Shown here piece by piece: positions 1 through 13,847 of a stretch of 64,000 nucleotides of DNA; positions within the stretch are counted from its first letter, which is position 1, and every line of letters starts with the position of its first letter. The DNA comes from Enoplolaimus lenunculus (Eukaryota): NCBI GenBank assembly GCA_030248215.1, contig JASANG010003525.1, positions 186,001-250,000 on the forward strand. Direction: 5' to 3'. The notes under the pieces are model-generated. The model did not search any database. It was not told the DNA's origin and saw nothing but the letters and a program-made list of their open reading frames with translations. The position numbers and the translations under genes are program-made.

Positions 1-1236
1 AAAAACTAAACTTAACTTCCGCTGATATAAGTAACTTTTGTAAATCTAATTATCTGGTTTACTGGTTGTGTGGGTAAGTTTGTGAATGGCTGGTTTACCC
101 CCACCCCCCCCCAAATTTTTCCCCTAATTCCCCAACCTTTCCATTGACAACAACCTCTTTTTTCTGCCTTCCGGTGCTCTCCCCCCTTTACCTCTCCACT
201 CCCCCTGTTCGCCGCTTCCACCCCGCCCCCCTCCCCTCCCACTGCGGCGCTTGTCCTTTACACGTCGTCTTCCCATTTTCTCCCTTCCCCTCCCCTCTCT
301 TTCCCCTACATACACCACCTGTTTTTGCCATTCGACCTTCCTTGGCTTTGTTCCGATATATTCTTTTCCTTTGGCCTTCGCCATACTCACACTTTTTTCT
401 TTTTTTTTTTTTCTTTTTTTCACTTTTCCGTTTTTTTCTTCTCCTTTCGTTCCTCTTCTTCTCTTTTTTTTTCACTTCCTTTTTTTTTTCTCTCTTTTTT
501 CTTTCACCACCATACTGCCTCTCCTTCTCTTCTCCCGCCTGCCCCCTCCCCCGTTTTCCTTCTCTCCTTTATCTTCCCTCTACGTTTTGATCGTCCTAAT
601 TATCCTAACTCCTTTATCGTCCCTTACCCCCTTGCAGCCCTTTTTCCTTTTTTTACTCTCCCCCCTCATTTGTTTTCTTATCTACCTCTCCGCACCTCTT
701 TTCGCCATAAAAGGGCCTGCTGTCTTAATAAGCCAATCTCCTCCCCACATCCCAGAAACCGCCTAATAAATTAAAAAAAAATTTCTAAATTTAGAACACT
801 GAAGCTCCCAATTCTCACTCTTTTTATCTCTTCTATACTTACTATTATTTCTTTATTACACCAAATATTCCCACACAACAAAATAAAAATCCAATTTACT
901 AAAAAATATTAAAATTAACGAAATCCCGGGCCATGGCTGGTTAATGGTTAGATCATTCAAAAATTAAAATATATCAATATATAATTTCTTTAATTTAAAG
1001 ATATATAAATATTTGATAAATGTTAGTGAATTTTAAAAATAATCCAAAATCAAACGGAAATTAAAAATTGAAAAAGAGCGAAACATGATAGATGCATCTT
1101 TCGGTATTTGAGAGGGTGGAAACGCAACTTCACCTAACCGGATATGAAATAGTAAAAGGTCCTTGTTGTCGAAAATTGTTTTCATGAATCATATACGTCC
1201 TTCAACTTTGGTAAATAAAATTGTTACAAACTAAAG

Positions 1237-1416
1237 GGCCAATATTTTATAACCTTATTCTTAAACCTAAACCTAAGCCTGCGCATAAGAATGAGTTTAT
1301 TCTTAAGCCGAAGCCTAAAGCCTAAGCCTAAGCCAAGCAAAAAATTAGTCTAAAGCTTAAGCTTATTCTATTCTAGTCCCACAAAAAACGTTCCTCCCCT
1401 TATCTTTGCATGGGCC
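1237..1416. mobile_element. GGCC-ended MITE (Merlin-like) with CCTAAG repeats
   Basis: Ends GGCCAAT...ATGGGCC; flanks AACTAAAG/AACCAAAG (8-bp TSD, 1 mismatch); internal CCTAAG/CCTAAA repeats. Confidence 0.55.
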
Positions 1417-3273
1417 AACCAAAGGTAGAATTAAAAAAATTGAGGTTGGAAATTTAGGTATTAAGATTCTGATCTTGGAAGCTTTTCATTTATTGTTTTA
1501 AATTCTAATACAAAAGTTTAATTTCGTTGGTTATTAGGGTGTCAGCGACACCTATATATTTTTAAAGGTGTCTACTGGCGGTCTGGTTGGGACATAAAAA
1601 GACAGCAAAGCATATCGTATGTTAATATTACGGGTTCGAATTTTAGACACATTCGCAGCACCTGGAACTGTGAACTGTCTTATTGCGAAGTTACCTCTAG
1701 TAGCTCAAAATTAATAGCGCATTCTTCACCAACCCTTGAATATTTGAGTACGTTAAAATGCCTGTTGAAAAGCTGAGATACGTGTCAACGCTATATAAAA
1801 CTTGCTAAAATCTTTACTTGTGTTAAATCCGAATTGAGCCATGGCTCTGCTGACCAGTCATTGACATTCAGAGAAAAGTTACTTGGTCTTCAACATACTC
1901 TTGTACACTTCTGTGAATTGGTTGGTCAAAAAGGCACTGCTATTTATTAACGCAAGGAGATTGTGAAACAAAGTCCGAAATGGACTTGAATCAGGGGTTG
2001 ACTTGCTTCTCTCATAGAGTAGATTCTGAGCAACAAAAGCAATGCGTACACTGCGAATAGGGTTGAGCTAAAAGTTGACTCAGACTGTGAGTCAACTCTG
2101 TAGAGTTAGTTTTAATTCATGTGCGAGTGCGGGTAAACTATAACGTGAGAATTTGAGTTAAATATTAACTCGTATTTGTGTAAAAGTCAAGTTCAACTAT
2201 GGGCATTGACAAAACTAAAATTTGAATTGAAGTGGCAGTTTTTTAAAGTTTTCATCTGAAAGTTGAAATACATTTTTTTGAGATGCAAAAGGTTTGTCGC
2301 AATGTATGCCTTCTACCAAGATTTGTTCACAAGCCTTTAATAATTTATGTCGACCATATAATAGATCCAGCATCGTTTGCTAGTTACGCCAAATCCCACT
2401 CCGCCTAAACATTTTTCGCGTTATTATAGTTGGTCCATTCGTCTTTATACATTTTACTGTAAAAAACTCACTGAGTAGGCTGGCACGGTACCTGCTGCGC
2501 ACCCATTGACTTAAGTAATTGTTGGTTTGAGAATAAATAACGTTAATTAAATGAAAATCTCTAAAGGAAAGCTGCAAGCATAACTAAAATGCAGACATAT
2601 GTTTAAATCGAACATAGGTCATGTCTTCGCAACCCAGCCAATAGCTGTTTGCGAAAAATCACTGATTATTCTACCTAACGAACGTACGTAACGTTTAAAA
2701 ATGTGCCACATTTCTGTCAACCTGATTAAAGTTAAATAAGTGGCTTATTAATAAATAATTTTATAACAATGGCTTTCGCCGCGTATTTCGCAGTTTCATT
2801 TTCCTGCGAACGTATTTTATTGTTAGTGGTTACAGAACATGTTCAATAGACATCTTTTTAGTTGCTGGGTAAAATTTAAAGTGATAGGAATTCGAAACAG
2901 ACGTGCAATTATTTCGAAAGAATACAATAATGCAAGAAACTTGGTTACATAACTTGTTTTGTAGCAAGCTTTGTTTACTTCTTGCCGCAATTATTTTTAA
3001 TGCAATTCGGGACCGACCGAGATTTATAGTCCGTAAAAACAGGGCGTAATATGGTTTTTAGACATAACTTGATGTATTACTGCGAATGTTAAGTAGTAAT
3101 TATATAGTTATCACTATCTGAGTTCGTAGTTAGTTACTGGGAAGAAAGTATTAGTGATATAACTATAAGTTACTACATTGACTTGCTTTTATCACTGGAA
3201 GAAATTATTTATAATTAGGTTACACTTTGATAACCGTTGTGTTCCTCCTGTGTCATAGCGGTCTTTACGAAAC

Positions 3274-6200
3274 ATGCCGCGAACACGTCTGCAAGCGAAG
3301 CACACAGTAAGTAAATGAGATGCCGCCGATTCCGAATTCTGGCCTTCCATTAAATTATTAAATTACATTGCGTTACATATATAATTATGTCAATCACGTT
3401 TCCCACTTCTGTCAATATTTCTAATTTGTTCTCAAGAATTGAAGACTGGAAATCGAAATTTCTGTTTCTCATTTCTCAAATGCTTTTGGGCTGTTAGTTT
3501 GGGCTTTGGAATGTTATCTATTTAGATAATGTATATGCGTAAATAATAATATAGACGTATATATATTTGCAGCGTTTGAAACATTGGACATGTTGCGAAA
3601 ATATATAGGTGAACACACGTACTGCTACACATAGTTATGCACACTTAATAATTTCTAGGTTAATGTTGGATTTCCTCAAGCATATGGGAACGTCAAGCGG
3701 CGAGCATCGCCATTGAAGCCAGGTCAACAACAGGCAGGCAAAAGAACTGCTTTTGGCGACATAACGAATGTGAGTAAATTTTTGTTCGCGACCGAAAATC
3801 TGGTTTCGGTTTAATGTTCGACAACATACAGGCATCCGCATCTGATTGCATTTCCTGGCATGTACGTATGTGAGAAAGCATAAGGTTTTACACTGAAGTA
3901 AACTGAAAAATTCAACCTCTTCAGTTTAATTTTGTATACATACAAATTTGTGCGATTAGATTTTACGTAGTTCATTCATCATGTACAGCATTATATCCGC
4001 ACAAGACTTTTTTCGAATGACGTATGTAAAACAAGTAATGGGTAGTCTCGATTAAAAACCGAAACTGCGACCGAGTCCATGACTACCGAGAGCGGCCAAG
4101 AAAAGTCATTCGCGATCAATTTTTTGTATTTTTATAGCCTTTGTGTTTTTCATAGCTTTTTTGTGTTTTTTCAAGATATCTGCTCGTAATTTTGCGTAAC
4201 TGAAATTTCTTAATTTCACAGAAAAATATATTCAACAACCGCAACCATCAGTTACTTCAACAATACAGTCATACATTAGCTGAATCCTCGACTTCTGGTC
4301 CGATTCCAGGGTGCAACTGGAATTCCGATTCAGATTAAAATTCCGATTTAAAACGAGTTCCGATTCCGACTCCACAATCAATCGAAATCAGAATTTTGAC
4401 ATTTTAATTTTAGGCCTACGTACTTGTGATATATTGCAAGAAAATTCTGAATCATTTATCTGTTAAATGATTTCGAGGAGTTAACTTATCAGTAATTGAT
4501 TGTAGTTTAGCTTTACAAAACGAAAAATGATTGCCAATTTGTTCATGCGAAGTGTTTGAGAATTTTTGCAAGCCAGTAGACGCCCTAAATTAATACTATA
4601 CTTGTTAATACAAATTATTCGTATTGTGACAAAATTTGTAGTTCCATTTCTGATTCCGGTATAAATTTGCTCTTCCAATTCCGGTGTAATCAGTTCCGCT
4701 TTGCACCGTTCTCGGTTCCAAATCACCCAGACTCAAAAAAGCGAGACCGACACCGAGACCTGCCAAATGCCGAGACTTGCCGAGACCGAGACTCCCACCC
4801 CTTTGTAAAGCTCGTGTTCAAGATTTTCAGGCACTGAATCAAGTTTTGATCGATTCGTCCAAACGAAAAAATGTTGCCGATGGCGACCATGTAGTTCCAG
4901 TGCTGCACCAGCAGGACAGCATCAAGGCACTTAAAAATAAAGCAAAAATTTCTGTTTATCAGTCAAAATCGTTATCAGAAGTGAGCCAGGATACTGGTAA
5001 CGACGACAATAATGTCATTGAGTTAGATCAACAACTGCCGTCACAACGTTCGACTGTGTCTAACGATTCTCTTAGTCAACCGACTCAGCAGTGCGAGTAA
5101 GTGTGTGTACAAACAATCCTTCGACCGTTTCAAGTACGGTTGGTCGAAATTGCTCGCTCTGATCGAATAGTTGCCAGCATTGTTTATGTATTTGTCAGGG
5201 ACGTAAACGGAACTGGATTTGTTATTTTAACTTGCAGAGAAACTAATTTATTTTTTGAAAACTGCTATTAACAACGACGTTGGAGGTGGAGTTAACCCGA
5301 GGCCGGTATCAATTGGAGCCAAGTTAGAACACGTAAAAATAATTTAACATGAGCTACGAAATACGTAATACGTATTTGGTGGCTAACAGTGGGGATTATT
5401 TCTATAAAATTTTTTATAATGTATTTGGGTACGTAAATACAATTAGAATTACATCTGGGTCCGGATTTTTAGAGCATTTTCTCCTATAATTCCAGCACTG
5501 ATCCTTGTTTTGACTTTGGAAAATTCCGGGTCCGGCTATTCAACGAAAAATTTCGGATCCGCGTATTGCGAAAGTACCCGGACAAAATACCCGGAACAGG
5601 ATGATCTATTTCAAATGAATTTTATTATATGGTCTCATTCCAAGACAAGATTTTGTATAATTTATTTATAGACGACATATATAAATGCTATTCGGTCTCG
5701 CTCGGTTCGCTCATGAGATTTCTTTGAAGTCGTTCATACGTGGTGAACGGTTTTAGAAATGATAAATCGTGTAGTGTTTAGGTTAGGACAAACAGTTATA
5801 AGCTGCGAGGCCACCTGCCATACGATAACTGAGTGAGGGGCCAGAAAAGTCAAAAATTATAGGTATGCATGCTCGTTTTGTACCTTTGCCTAAACGCATG
5901 TCGTAGGAACACTGTCGGCCAGGGATAGGAGTCTCGGTCTCGGCAAGTCTGTGTATTTGGCAGACTTCGTTCAAATTTCAGTTCAGCAAATGTATATATG
6001 TCTATAATTGTGAAGTAAGTGATGCGTGGTGAACAAAATTTTCCCATGAATCTATGAATTTTCATAGCTGCGCAATGTTTATGAGCAGATATTCTGAAAA
6101 ACGCGAAGAACTATGAAAAACAAAACTACGAAAAATCTATTAGGCATAATTTATTTTGAAAATTTTTTTCAGTGATGAACAAAAATTGACCGAGACCGAG

Positions 6201-9200
6201 ACTTCATGGCCGGCCTATGCTTTAAAAAGACTTCAGGAAATTAGAGTTGTTCAGATGGATCATGCAGCAGTTTCCTTAGAATTTGGTCAAAATTATTGTA
6301 GAACGGATGGTTGACTCGAGCCGCTTGTGTTGTACTCACAACATGGCTAAATTTGTGAGGCAGGGCGAAAAGTAATGTAATACGTATGTCAGTCGCACGC
6401 AGTACTTGCTCCAGTTTTTTTCAACCTTCAGGTTTATGACAATGAAGCTTTCGTATTTATATATAGATCTAATGTAGCCAAATAATTTTAGCGTTGTTTG
6501 TTCTCAACAAAGTTCGTCCAGCGATTCAGATGCCGAACTGGCACGCAACAGCACTGCTCGTAGAAATAAAGCGGCTGGTGAACAAGATCACATTCTCGAA
6601 GTAAGAATTTCCTTGTAATCTAAATCGACAAAATGGTTGAAGTTGCATGATGCGACTGGATGTTGAAACATAGATACCTTGCTTGAGCTAATGCTATGAT
6701 TTTGCAACACAGATATTAGATTACGTATGTAATTTGCAGGAATAAAAATTTGTACGAACTACGAAGTGTAAGGTGACAACAACATACTTCTAATGTAATC
6801 GGAAATGCACTAAACTTCAAATTTGTGTACCGTTTGCGTAAGCATATACATGAAAGCATATTACCATTTTTATAATATCCGTGTCACGGTACATTTTGTT
6901 GACACTCCCATGGTGTGAGTGAATTTACTGCTAATGCGTTTGTTATTTGCCATATGGCGTCAGGCGACATTTTGCGTATGGTAATGAAGTAAACTTACTG
7001 TGCTGCGTTCGGATTTTGGCTAAATTGTGCCACGGGCCATTTTGCCTAGACATGTGTAGAAAGTTACCACAGTGCTGTTGTAGTATTTACAAAACAAGTT
7101 TACACAGCAACAATGGTTTGCTATGTGAACGTGTACATCGGCGGTATATTTATTATTGGTTGGCTGTCGTTTTTTGATTTGCGCTTATCAGGGGTGTGCG
7201 GCCTCGGTCAAAAACCGAGATCGAGACCCGACAACCGAAACCGAGACTGTTTGGTCTCGGTCAGTTTTTGACCGTTACCGAGCATAAAAATAAAATTTTT
7301 TCTAACAAAAGTTTAGAATGTTTTTTCGTACTTCTGTGTCAATCTAGCGTAATAAAATGTTGCATATGCTTGATTTTTATAATATTAAACAGAAAAATTC
7401 AAAATTCCCTGAAAATTTTATTTATAGCAAAAACACACTGACAAACACAGATACCAAAATATAAACGATTTCACGCCAAAGACGGCGATAAGATATAGAA
7501 CACGCTTTCAGTGTTAAAACTGCGCTTTCAGCTTTTTTCCGACGAAAATGAATCGTCAACCGCCGGCATATTTAAACTCGTATTAATAATAACGCTTTTT
7601 AGCGTTTATCAATACGATATTTTAGCGTTAATTGAAACTTTTAAATTGACACAATTCCTTAAATGTGATCTATAAACACAACTATTTGTGTTTTGACGCA
7701 ACAATATCAAAAAGTTTAAATATAACAATATTACTAAAAACAGCAAAAAATTTATATTCAAAAGTCAACAAATATAACTGACGTCGGTTTATTGTGAACG
7801 TTGAGTGGTAAAATACGGGAACTTGTCTTTCACCTTTGGTCTCGGTTTGAAACCTACCGAGACCGAGACCAGCCAAATCCAGAGACTTACCCGAGACCGA
7901 GACCGCACATTCCTGGTGTTTATTTTATTCTGTTTAACTTACTCGCGTACCACAGGTGGGCGGCCTCGGTCTCGGAAAGTCACGGGATTTGGCTGGTCTC
8001 GATCTCGCTTTTTTCAGTCTCGATGGTTTGCAAACCGAGATCAAAGGTGAAAAAGCGATAAGCAATCACAAAAAATTTTCTTAGATCGCAGCTTTAGCCC
8101 GGGCGTATTTGCGCTTTTCGCCTACCAACACAGACAGCGAACGATTGTGGAGCACCGCTACGTGGTTTTACAGCGATTTGAGAAGCAGAGAATGAACCCT
8201 TTGGTTACCCAAAATTCTATTTTTGAAAGGAAACTCAAAACACTGATTTTATTGTGGCAAAGCACAATAAGTTGCATTTTCGCGTTCAAAACATTTAAGG
8301 CATCGTTTAAAAAATTATGGGACATCCGCGTTTATAACGTCACGCTATGATAAAAATTCTTGCAGTCTATTCGGTTTGCCCGGGAGCAAAAACAACAGTA
8401 CTTCTGAATTAGCGATTATATCTAGGCTGTTTTGAGACAGTGTGACTTGTCCCGAGCCCGTCCGAAGGGCATGGCGACTGTAGCCAAGGGAAAAATAAAG
8501 TAAGATAAATTTTGGGAGCGATTTATTAGTTTATTTGTATGAAGTGACACTTCAAAGCAGATAAAAATATTCAAAAGTTTTGTTAAAAAATCTTATTTAC
8601 GGAAACCAAAATTCTATGTCTCGATAGGTTGGGTCTCGGTCTCGCTTTTTTGACCGAGACCGCCCATCCCTGTCGCGTACTGCGCTAAGCGGGGGTGTTT
8701 GCAGTAAAGTACGGTTGGGGAAGGTGGGTACAAAAAGTGTTGCTGTCTTGGTTAATATTCGATTCACAATTAGTTCTGATTCCGATCAAAAATTTAAAAT
8801 ATTGTAACTCGCAAGCTTTTCAGTTCCCATGCCGTTTTAGCAACCTTTTTTATTTAGCAATCGAGTGGATAGGTAAATGTGTTTCTGATACCGTCCGCGC
8901 CACCATATAGCTCCGGCACTCTTTGGGCCCCGATCCCGGGGCACGGCACCGGGACATGTCTGGTATGTAACCACAGTGAAACAGATTTATCCTCTCATAT
9001 TCATAATAGGAATCGACTAAATGAACAGAATTGACGCTTGATATAGTGATGACCGGTATGAGTAGTTTTCAGGAAGCAACCTTTTTCATTTAGCAGTCGA
9101 GTGGATAGGTAAATGTTTTTCTGATACCGTCCGCGCCACTGTATAGCCCCGGCACTCTTTGGGCCCCGATCCCGGAGCACGGCACGGAACATGTCTGGTT

Positions 9201-9464
9201 TGTAACCACAGTGAAACAGGATTATCCTCTCATATTCATAATAGGAATCGACTAAATGAACAGAATTGACGCTTTATATAGTGATGACCGGTATGAGTAG
9301 TTTTCAGGAGGTCATTGCTGAAGTTGCATACGATTATGATAAAGAGAACGAGATGGATCCATTTTTGGTGCCGCAGTATGCAAAAGATATTTTCAGCTAC
9401 TACAGAAGGCGCGAAGTAAGTGTATATATACAAAGACATTTAATACGAAAACTTGCCATATTAG

Positions 9465-9559
<95 letters not shown>

Positions 9560-12236
9560 GTCTGAACTGTCTGGCTACTCCTCAGACAAAATTTCTTTCA
9601 ATGGGGCACATATCGGGTTTCCGAGATCGTTAACCGATTTTTTCACATTTCAGTTGACCAAAGTTCAAAAGGTTCTTCTTCTGTTACGTTTAGCTTTATG
9701 CATTGTAGAGCAAATTCGAAGTGAGCGATTATCTTTCGCCTGAACGTAAAAGTGGAATAACGCGACACATGCGAGCAATACTCGTGGACTGGATGGTAGA
9801 GGTTCAAGAAAATTTTGAGCTCAATCACGAAACTTTATATCTTGCCGTCAAGCTAACCGATTTGTACAATGACAAGTAAAATTTTGATTTAAATAGATTT
9901 ATAACATGACTTGGTAAATTTATCACCAGTACCGCAAGTAGTTTTGTTATTAGATTTTGGTGCTAGCGTCTCTGACAAATTCTCCAACATTAATTAGCGT
10001 TTCAGAGCAATCAACGAGTAACCCATTGGTGTTAATGTATTCATGTATTGGCCAAGCAAAAATTATAGTACTTTATGCAGGCAGTAGAAATCAACATAAC
10101 GTGTTCTTGCTGTTTAAGGAACACTGTCACCAAAGATATATTGCAACTGATTGGAGCCACTGCAATGTTCATTGCATCGAAATACGATGTAAGACGTATA
10201 TACTTATATTATATTGCTTAGAACTTTACGTCAAGGGGTGTTAAAATAAGAGGAAGAGAACGTTGAAGAACAAATTAAAGTTGCGAAGAGAAGCTGTCGT
10301 ACGGTTAATTTTAGAAACATCAATTGTATATATTTTTAAGCTGATACTATTAAATTTGCAAAAGAATCCGTAATCATTTGAGTAAATAACACCAGCAGAG
10401 CAATTAAATCAGGTTGCTTTTGGGGCTTTTTTGTTTGGCATTTTATGCGGTAAAGAGTATTTTGTTAATCGTTTTAGGAAAAATACCCGCCCGTACTCGA
10501 CGACTTTGTATATATTTGTGACGATTGTTACTCGAAAGAAACGATGCTTGAGACCGAGATCACGATGCTAAAATGTTTTGATTTTGATGTAGGATGTCCC
10601 CTGTCGTATCGATTTCTCAGGCGGTATGCAAAGGTTAGTGGACATTTAGGGTCGTAATTGGCGAATGTTCCCGGCCGTTTTATTTCATTTATACCGGTTT
10701 TACGATCAACTTCGGTAGACATTTGATGCTGAAAAGCTCAACATAACTCAATATTAAACTATTAGTTATGATCAGATATCTGAATGAAACCTGGTTCTGG
10801 TATTTTTGGTATCGGGAGCTATCATCTTTCTGATGTATTAGGCATGCAAGGAAACGATGGAAAACCTGACGCTCGCACGATTCATTCTTGAATCTTCGCT
10901 GCTTTATTCGGAATACATGGGAGAATCTGAATCGAAATTAGCGGCCGCGTGTTTTCTTCTGGCGCTCCGAATGAAAAATCATTCGTTTCGATGGGTAAGT
11001 TTCTACGCAACTTATTGTTCATTTAGCATTTAACTACGTACGTATATTTGTACTCCTTATAATTTGTCAGCCTTTAGTATTAGGCAACAAATTCGGGCTA
11101 TGACATCTGCTTTATGTACTATTTTTCGATTGCGTTAACGGATCGGAAGTACTATGGGAAAGTTAATTCAGTAGCTGTCATTCTAGCGAAAAACTTGCAT
11201 GGCATTGGGTGCGTAGCTCAGCGGTTAGTTTATGAGTCGAGTAGTTATTAGTACGTCGTGAGTTCGAGCCCCACTGCGTCCGCAGCATAATTTTTGTGAA
11301 TAGCTCTATATGGTACTACTTACCTTAGAATTAATCCGTACTATGCTATGTTATAATTTTGTTGCTACAAGGGTCCTGTTGTATTACCTGGGCTTCCTGA
11401 AATAGTTAGTTAGGGTTCCACTGGAATTCCTGCAAAAATTCAATTCCTTTTCATGTATTCAAATTTGCAGGAACCGGAATTTATAGTAGTGTTTTTGCAA
11501 TTACTTAGATTTTTTTAATAAATGGTTTCTGATGTATTTTCGCAAAACTTGATGATTGAATAGCTAAAAATTCGCTTAAGCTATTTTATGACAAATTTTC
11601 TAAAAAGATCCGGTTGTACCGTAGTAATGTATGATCTCTAGAAAATACATTCTGATGGTGGAACTTACAAAAATTTAGTGGTGTTTTAAGGCGGAACTCC
11701 ACGAGACATATTGTTACTACAAAGAGGAAGAGCTAGCAACGCTGGTTCATCGACTCAATGAAATGTTACACGAACCAAGCATTACTAAGCATGCGACAGT
11801 GTATCATAAATATGCACACGAGTGAGTTTATTTTATAGGTTTGTTTTTTATACCTTGCACGGTGGTGGATGCCGAAGAATACGTACCAGAGTCAAATATT
11901 ATATGGGTGAATATTAATATTACGTTTAACTTAGCAATCAATTTTTGGTGCCTAATTGTTACAATGTGTTATTTTTTCCTTGCACTGGTTTGACTATTGA
12001 CATTAACCGCTTGTTTCTCGTCATGACTTCGACTACAGTTATTCGTTACATATACGACGCTTTTCACTGATAAATACCGACAAAGGTGTATACAATCAGT
12101 TGTTGAAAATTCGGAACGCTCAAAATTTTTTGCCTTGTGTTTTAGAGTGTTTTTTCAAGTTGCGTTGTTTGACAAACTGCCACTTTCGGAAACCGAAGTT
12201 GATAATAAAAGGGCAAGAGTGTACAGAAAAATTTGA
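3274..12236 (+). CDS. CCNB3: G2/mitotic-specific cyclin B3 (11 coding exons, 464 aa)
   Basis: Exons 3274-3306, 3659-3769, 4831-5096, 6492-6600, 9308-9415, 9709-9875, 10119-10188, 10478-10633, 10842-10994, 11691-11821, 12146-12236. All introns are GT-AG and phase-compatible, total 1395 nt. D-box RTAFGDITN; cyclin box MRAILVDWMVEVQENFELNHETLYLAVKL (B3-type); LQLIGATAMFIASKYDE; PLSYRFLRRYAK. Confidence 0.95.
4038..4802. mobile_element. Degenerate hAT-type MITE (CCGAGA family) with a nested CAGGGTGCAAC-family MITE at ~4307-4708
   Basis: CCGAGACCGAGA subterminal repeats and internal sequence shared with other copies; nested piece starts CAGGGTGCAACTGGAATTCC. Boundaries approximate. Confidence 0.55.
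5919..6220. mobile_element. hAT-type MITE (CCGAGA family)
   Basis: Starts CAGGGATAGGAGTCTCGGTCTCGG; internal similarity to the copies at 16334, 41274 and 55700. Confidence 0.55.
7189..7915. mobile_element. Non-autonomous hAT element (CCGAGA family)
   Basis: TIRs CAGGGGTGTGCGG...CCGCACATTCCTG; flanks GCGCTTAT/GTGTTTAT (6/8 TSD). Confidence 0.75.
7951..8672 (+). mobile_element. Non-autonomous hAT element retaining a transposase dimerisation-domain remnant
   Basis: Perfect 8-bp TSD TCGCGTAC (7943-7950, 8673-8680); right TIR CCGCCCATCCCTG; remnant IAALARAYLRFSPTNTDSERLWS; inverted homologue at 24881-25649. Confidence 0.85.
8839..9309. repeat. Tandem duplication, 2 x ~236 bp, including the cyclin B3 exon 5 acceptor
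   Basis: Near-identical units at 8839-9074 and 9075-9309, both ending GAGTAGTTTTCAGGA. Confidence 0.9.
9467..9556. repeat. (TA)n microsatellite
   Basis: About 45 uninterrupted TA units. Confidence 0.95.
11207..11281 (+). ncRNA. tRNA-like Pol III sequence (pseudo-tRNA or SINE head) in cyclin B3 intron 9
   Basis: A box TAGCTCAGCGG, B box GAGTTCGAGCC, T-run just downstream; no clean anticodon arm. Confidence 0.55.
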
Positions 12237-12499
12237 TTATTAATGTTCAAGTTATGCTGCTTTTGCGTGCGTGTTGTACTGATGTTACATGTGTATTTAT
12301 AATAGACGGTGTTAGTTCGTTGTTTGCTGTACCAGTTGATTTTGTACTGCTTGAGTGAATGAATCTGAAACATTTTCTGGAAACTACATCTACAGTAACG
12401 GACAGAATTAAGTGCAGTTCGACTCGCAATTGCTCTTAGACGCGATCGTTCGCAACCGTAATTTACGTAGACGCAGAAACCGCGGTTGCGCACGCAGTT

Positions 12500-12678
12500 T
12501 CGCGCTTACAGACGTGGTTAAAATTGCGGTCACAGACGCGGTTAAATCCGCTGTCGCGGTTGTAACCGCGGTCGCTGTCGGGTTGTAAAAGCGGTCGCTG
12601 TCGCGATTGTAACCGCGGTCGCTGTCGCGGTTTTAACCGCGTCTGTAACCGCAATTTTAACCACGTCTGTAAGCGCGA
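12500..12678. repeat. 47-bp inverted repeat enclosing 24-bp GC-rich tandem units (hairpin or MITE)
   Basis: Arms 12500-12546 and 12632-12678 pair with 1 mismatch; loop units resemble GCGGTCGCTGTCGCGGTTGTAACC. Confidence 0.85.
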
Positions 12679-13469
12679 TACACCGAAACACTAGGCTGCA
12701 GCAAAAATTAACGTATCTGAAAAGATAAAGGTAACTAAAGTTAAAGTTACGCTACTTTTCTGCGCCGTGCAAGGAATGAACGGCACCGTCAAGCACCGCG
12801 TCACTAGTCGGCAGTTTTTTAAAAATTATTTTTTGACAACGATAGGAACATTAGCAATGTTCTGTAGAAGCACAATTATTATAACGAATCATAGTAAGTA
12901 GTACTTAACTGGATTGATCCAGTTTGAATTCTGTCGAATTATTACCTAACTGGCTCCGGTGTTCTTTGGTATCCGGTTGCAACCTGATCGTACAGAGCTG
13001 TTCTGAGCTTGCTTTTGTATGACTACGCAAAGAGTACATACATAACTCTGTGTTGTATATTCGTAAATAGATATGGTGCGCAACATTGTGGTTTTAATAT
13101 TTTTTATAAGACAGTGTTTTATACTGATTATTATTGTATAAACATTAGGGTCGACTAAACATATTTTTACAACAAAGCCAAAATGTAAAGATCTAATGCT
13201 CTATTGCAGAATTCAGGGTGTAACTGGATATACGTGTCTGTATGCTATAATTCGGTGTCTATCTCCGTTATACGGAATTAACGAAAATTCCGTTATGTTT
13301 ATGCTCATATTTAGTTGTCAATCACTTGTAGATTATATATTTTCCTGTACCGGTATTCTGCAATTGTTCGATTTGGACTAACAGTTACGTCTAGAATGCC
13401 CGGTGAATATCTGTATGCCTCACTTGTGTAAAAATACAAACATTTGTTAAACCTTTCCTTTATTTTTTA

Positions 13470-13847
13470 CTGTCCGTGTACACCTGTTGGAGTGTCCATC
13501 ATTCAAGTGAGTAGTAGTATTCTAAATGACACGTGCAAACGTAGTAGTGTGGTTATGTCCGGATTCGTAGCATTGTTCTTTCTCAATGGCTTACAGTTTC
13601 AAGCGCGGGTAGCGTGTATCACCAGTGTGAGTGATAGGTTTCTAAATCTACGAGAGCGAGTATCTCGATATTTACTTTAATCGTAGAGCAAATCGATTGA
13701 CTGTCCGTGTACGCCTGTTGGAGTGTCTATCATTCAAGTGAGTAGTCATATTCTAAATGACACGTGGAAACGTAGTAGTGTGGTTATGTCCACATTCGTA
13801 GTATTGTTCTTTCTCAAATTTACCTAATCGTCCAGCAAATCGATTGA
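13470..13847. repeat. Tandem duplication (~231-bp period, second copy internally deleted)
   Basis: CTGTCCGTGTAC...TTCTTTCTCAA repeated at 13470 and 13701. Confidence 0.8.

Noticed and set aside
1..950. Polypyrimidine tract with long Phe/Leu/Ser- and Lys/Arg/Gly-rich ORFs
   Set aside because: Homopolymer-inflated low-complexity sequence; the ORFs follow from base composition. It looks like poorly polished read sequence.
2400..2790. CCAAT, E2F-like and CHR-like motifs as the cyclin B3 promoter
   Set aside because: Short motifs expected by chance in AT-rich DNA; the transcription start is unknown.
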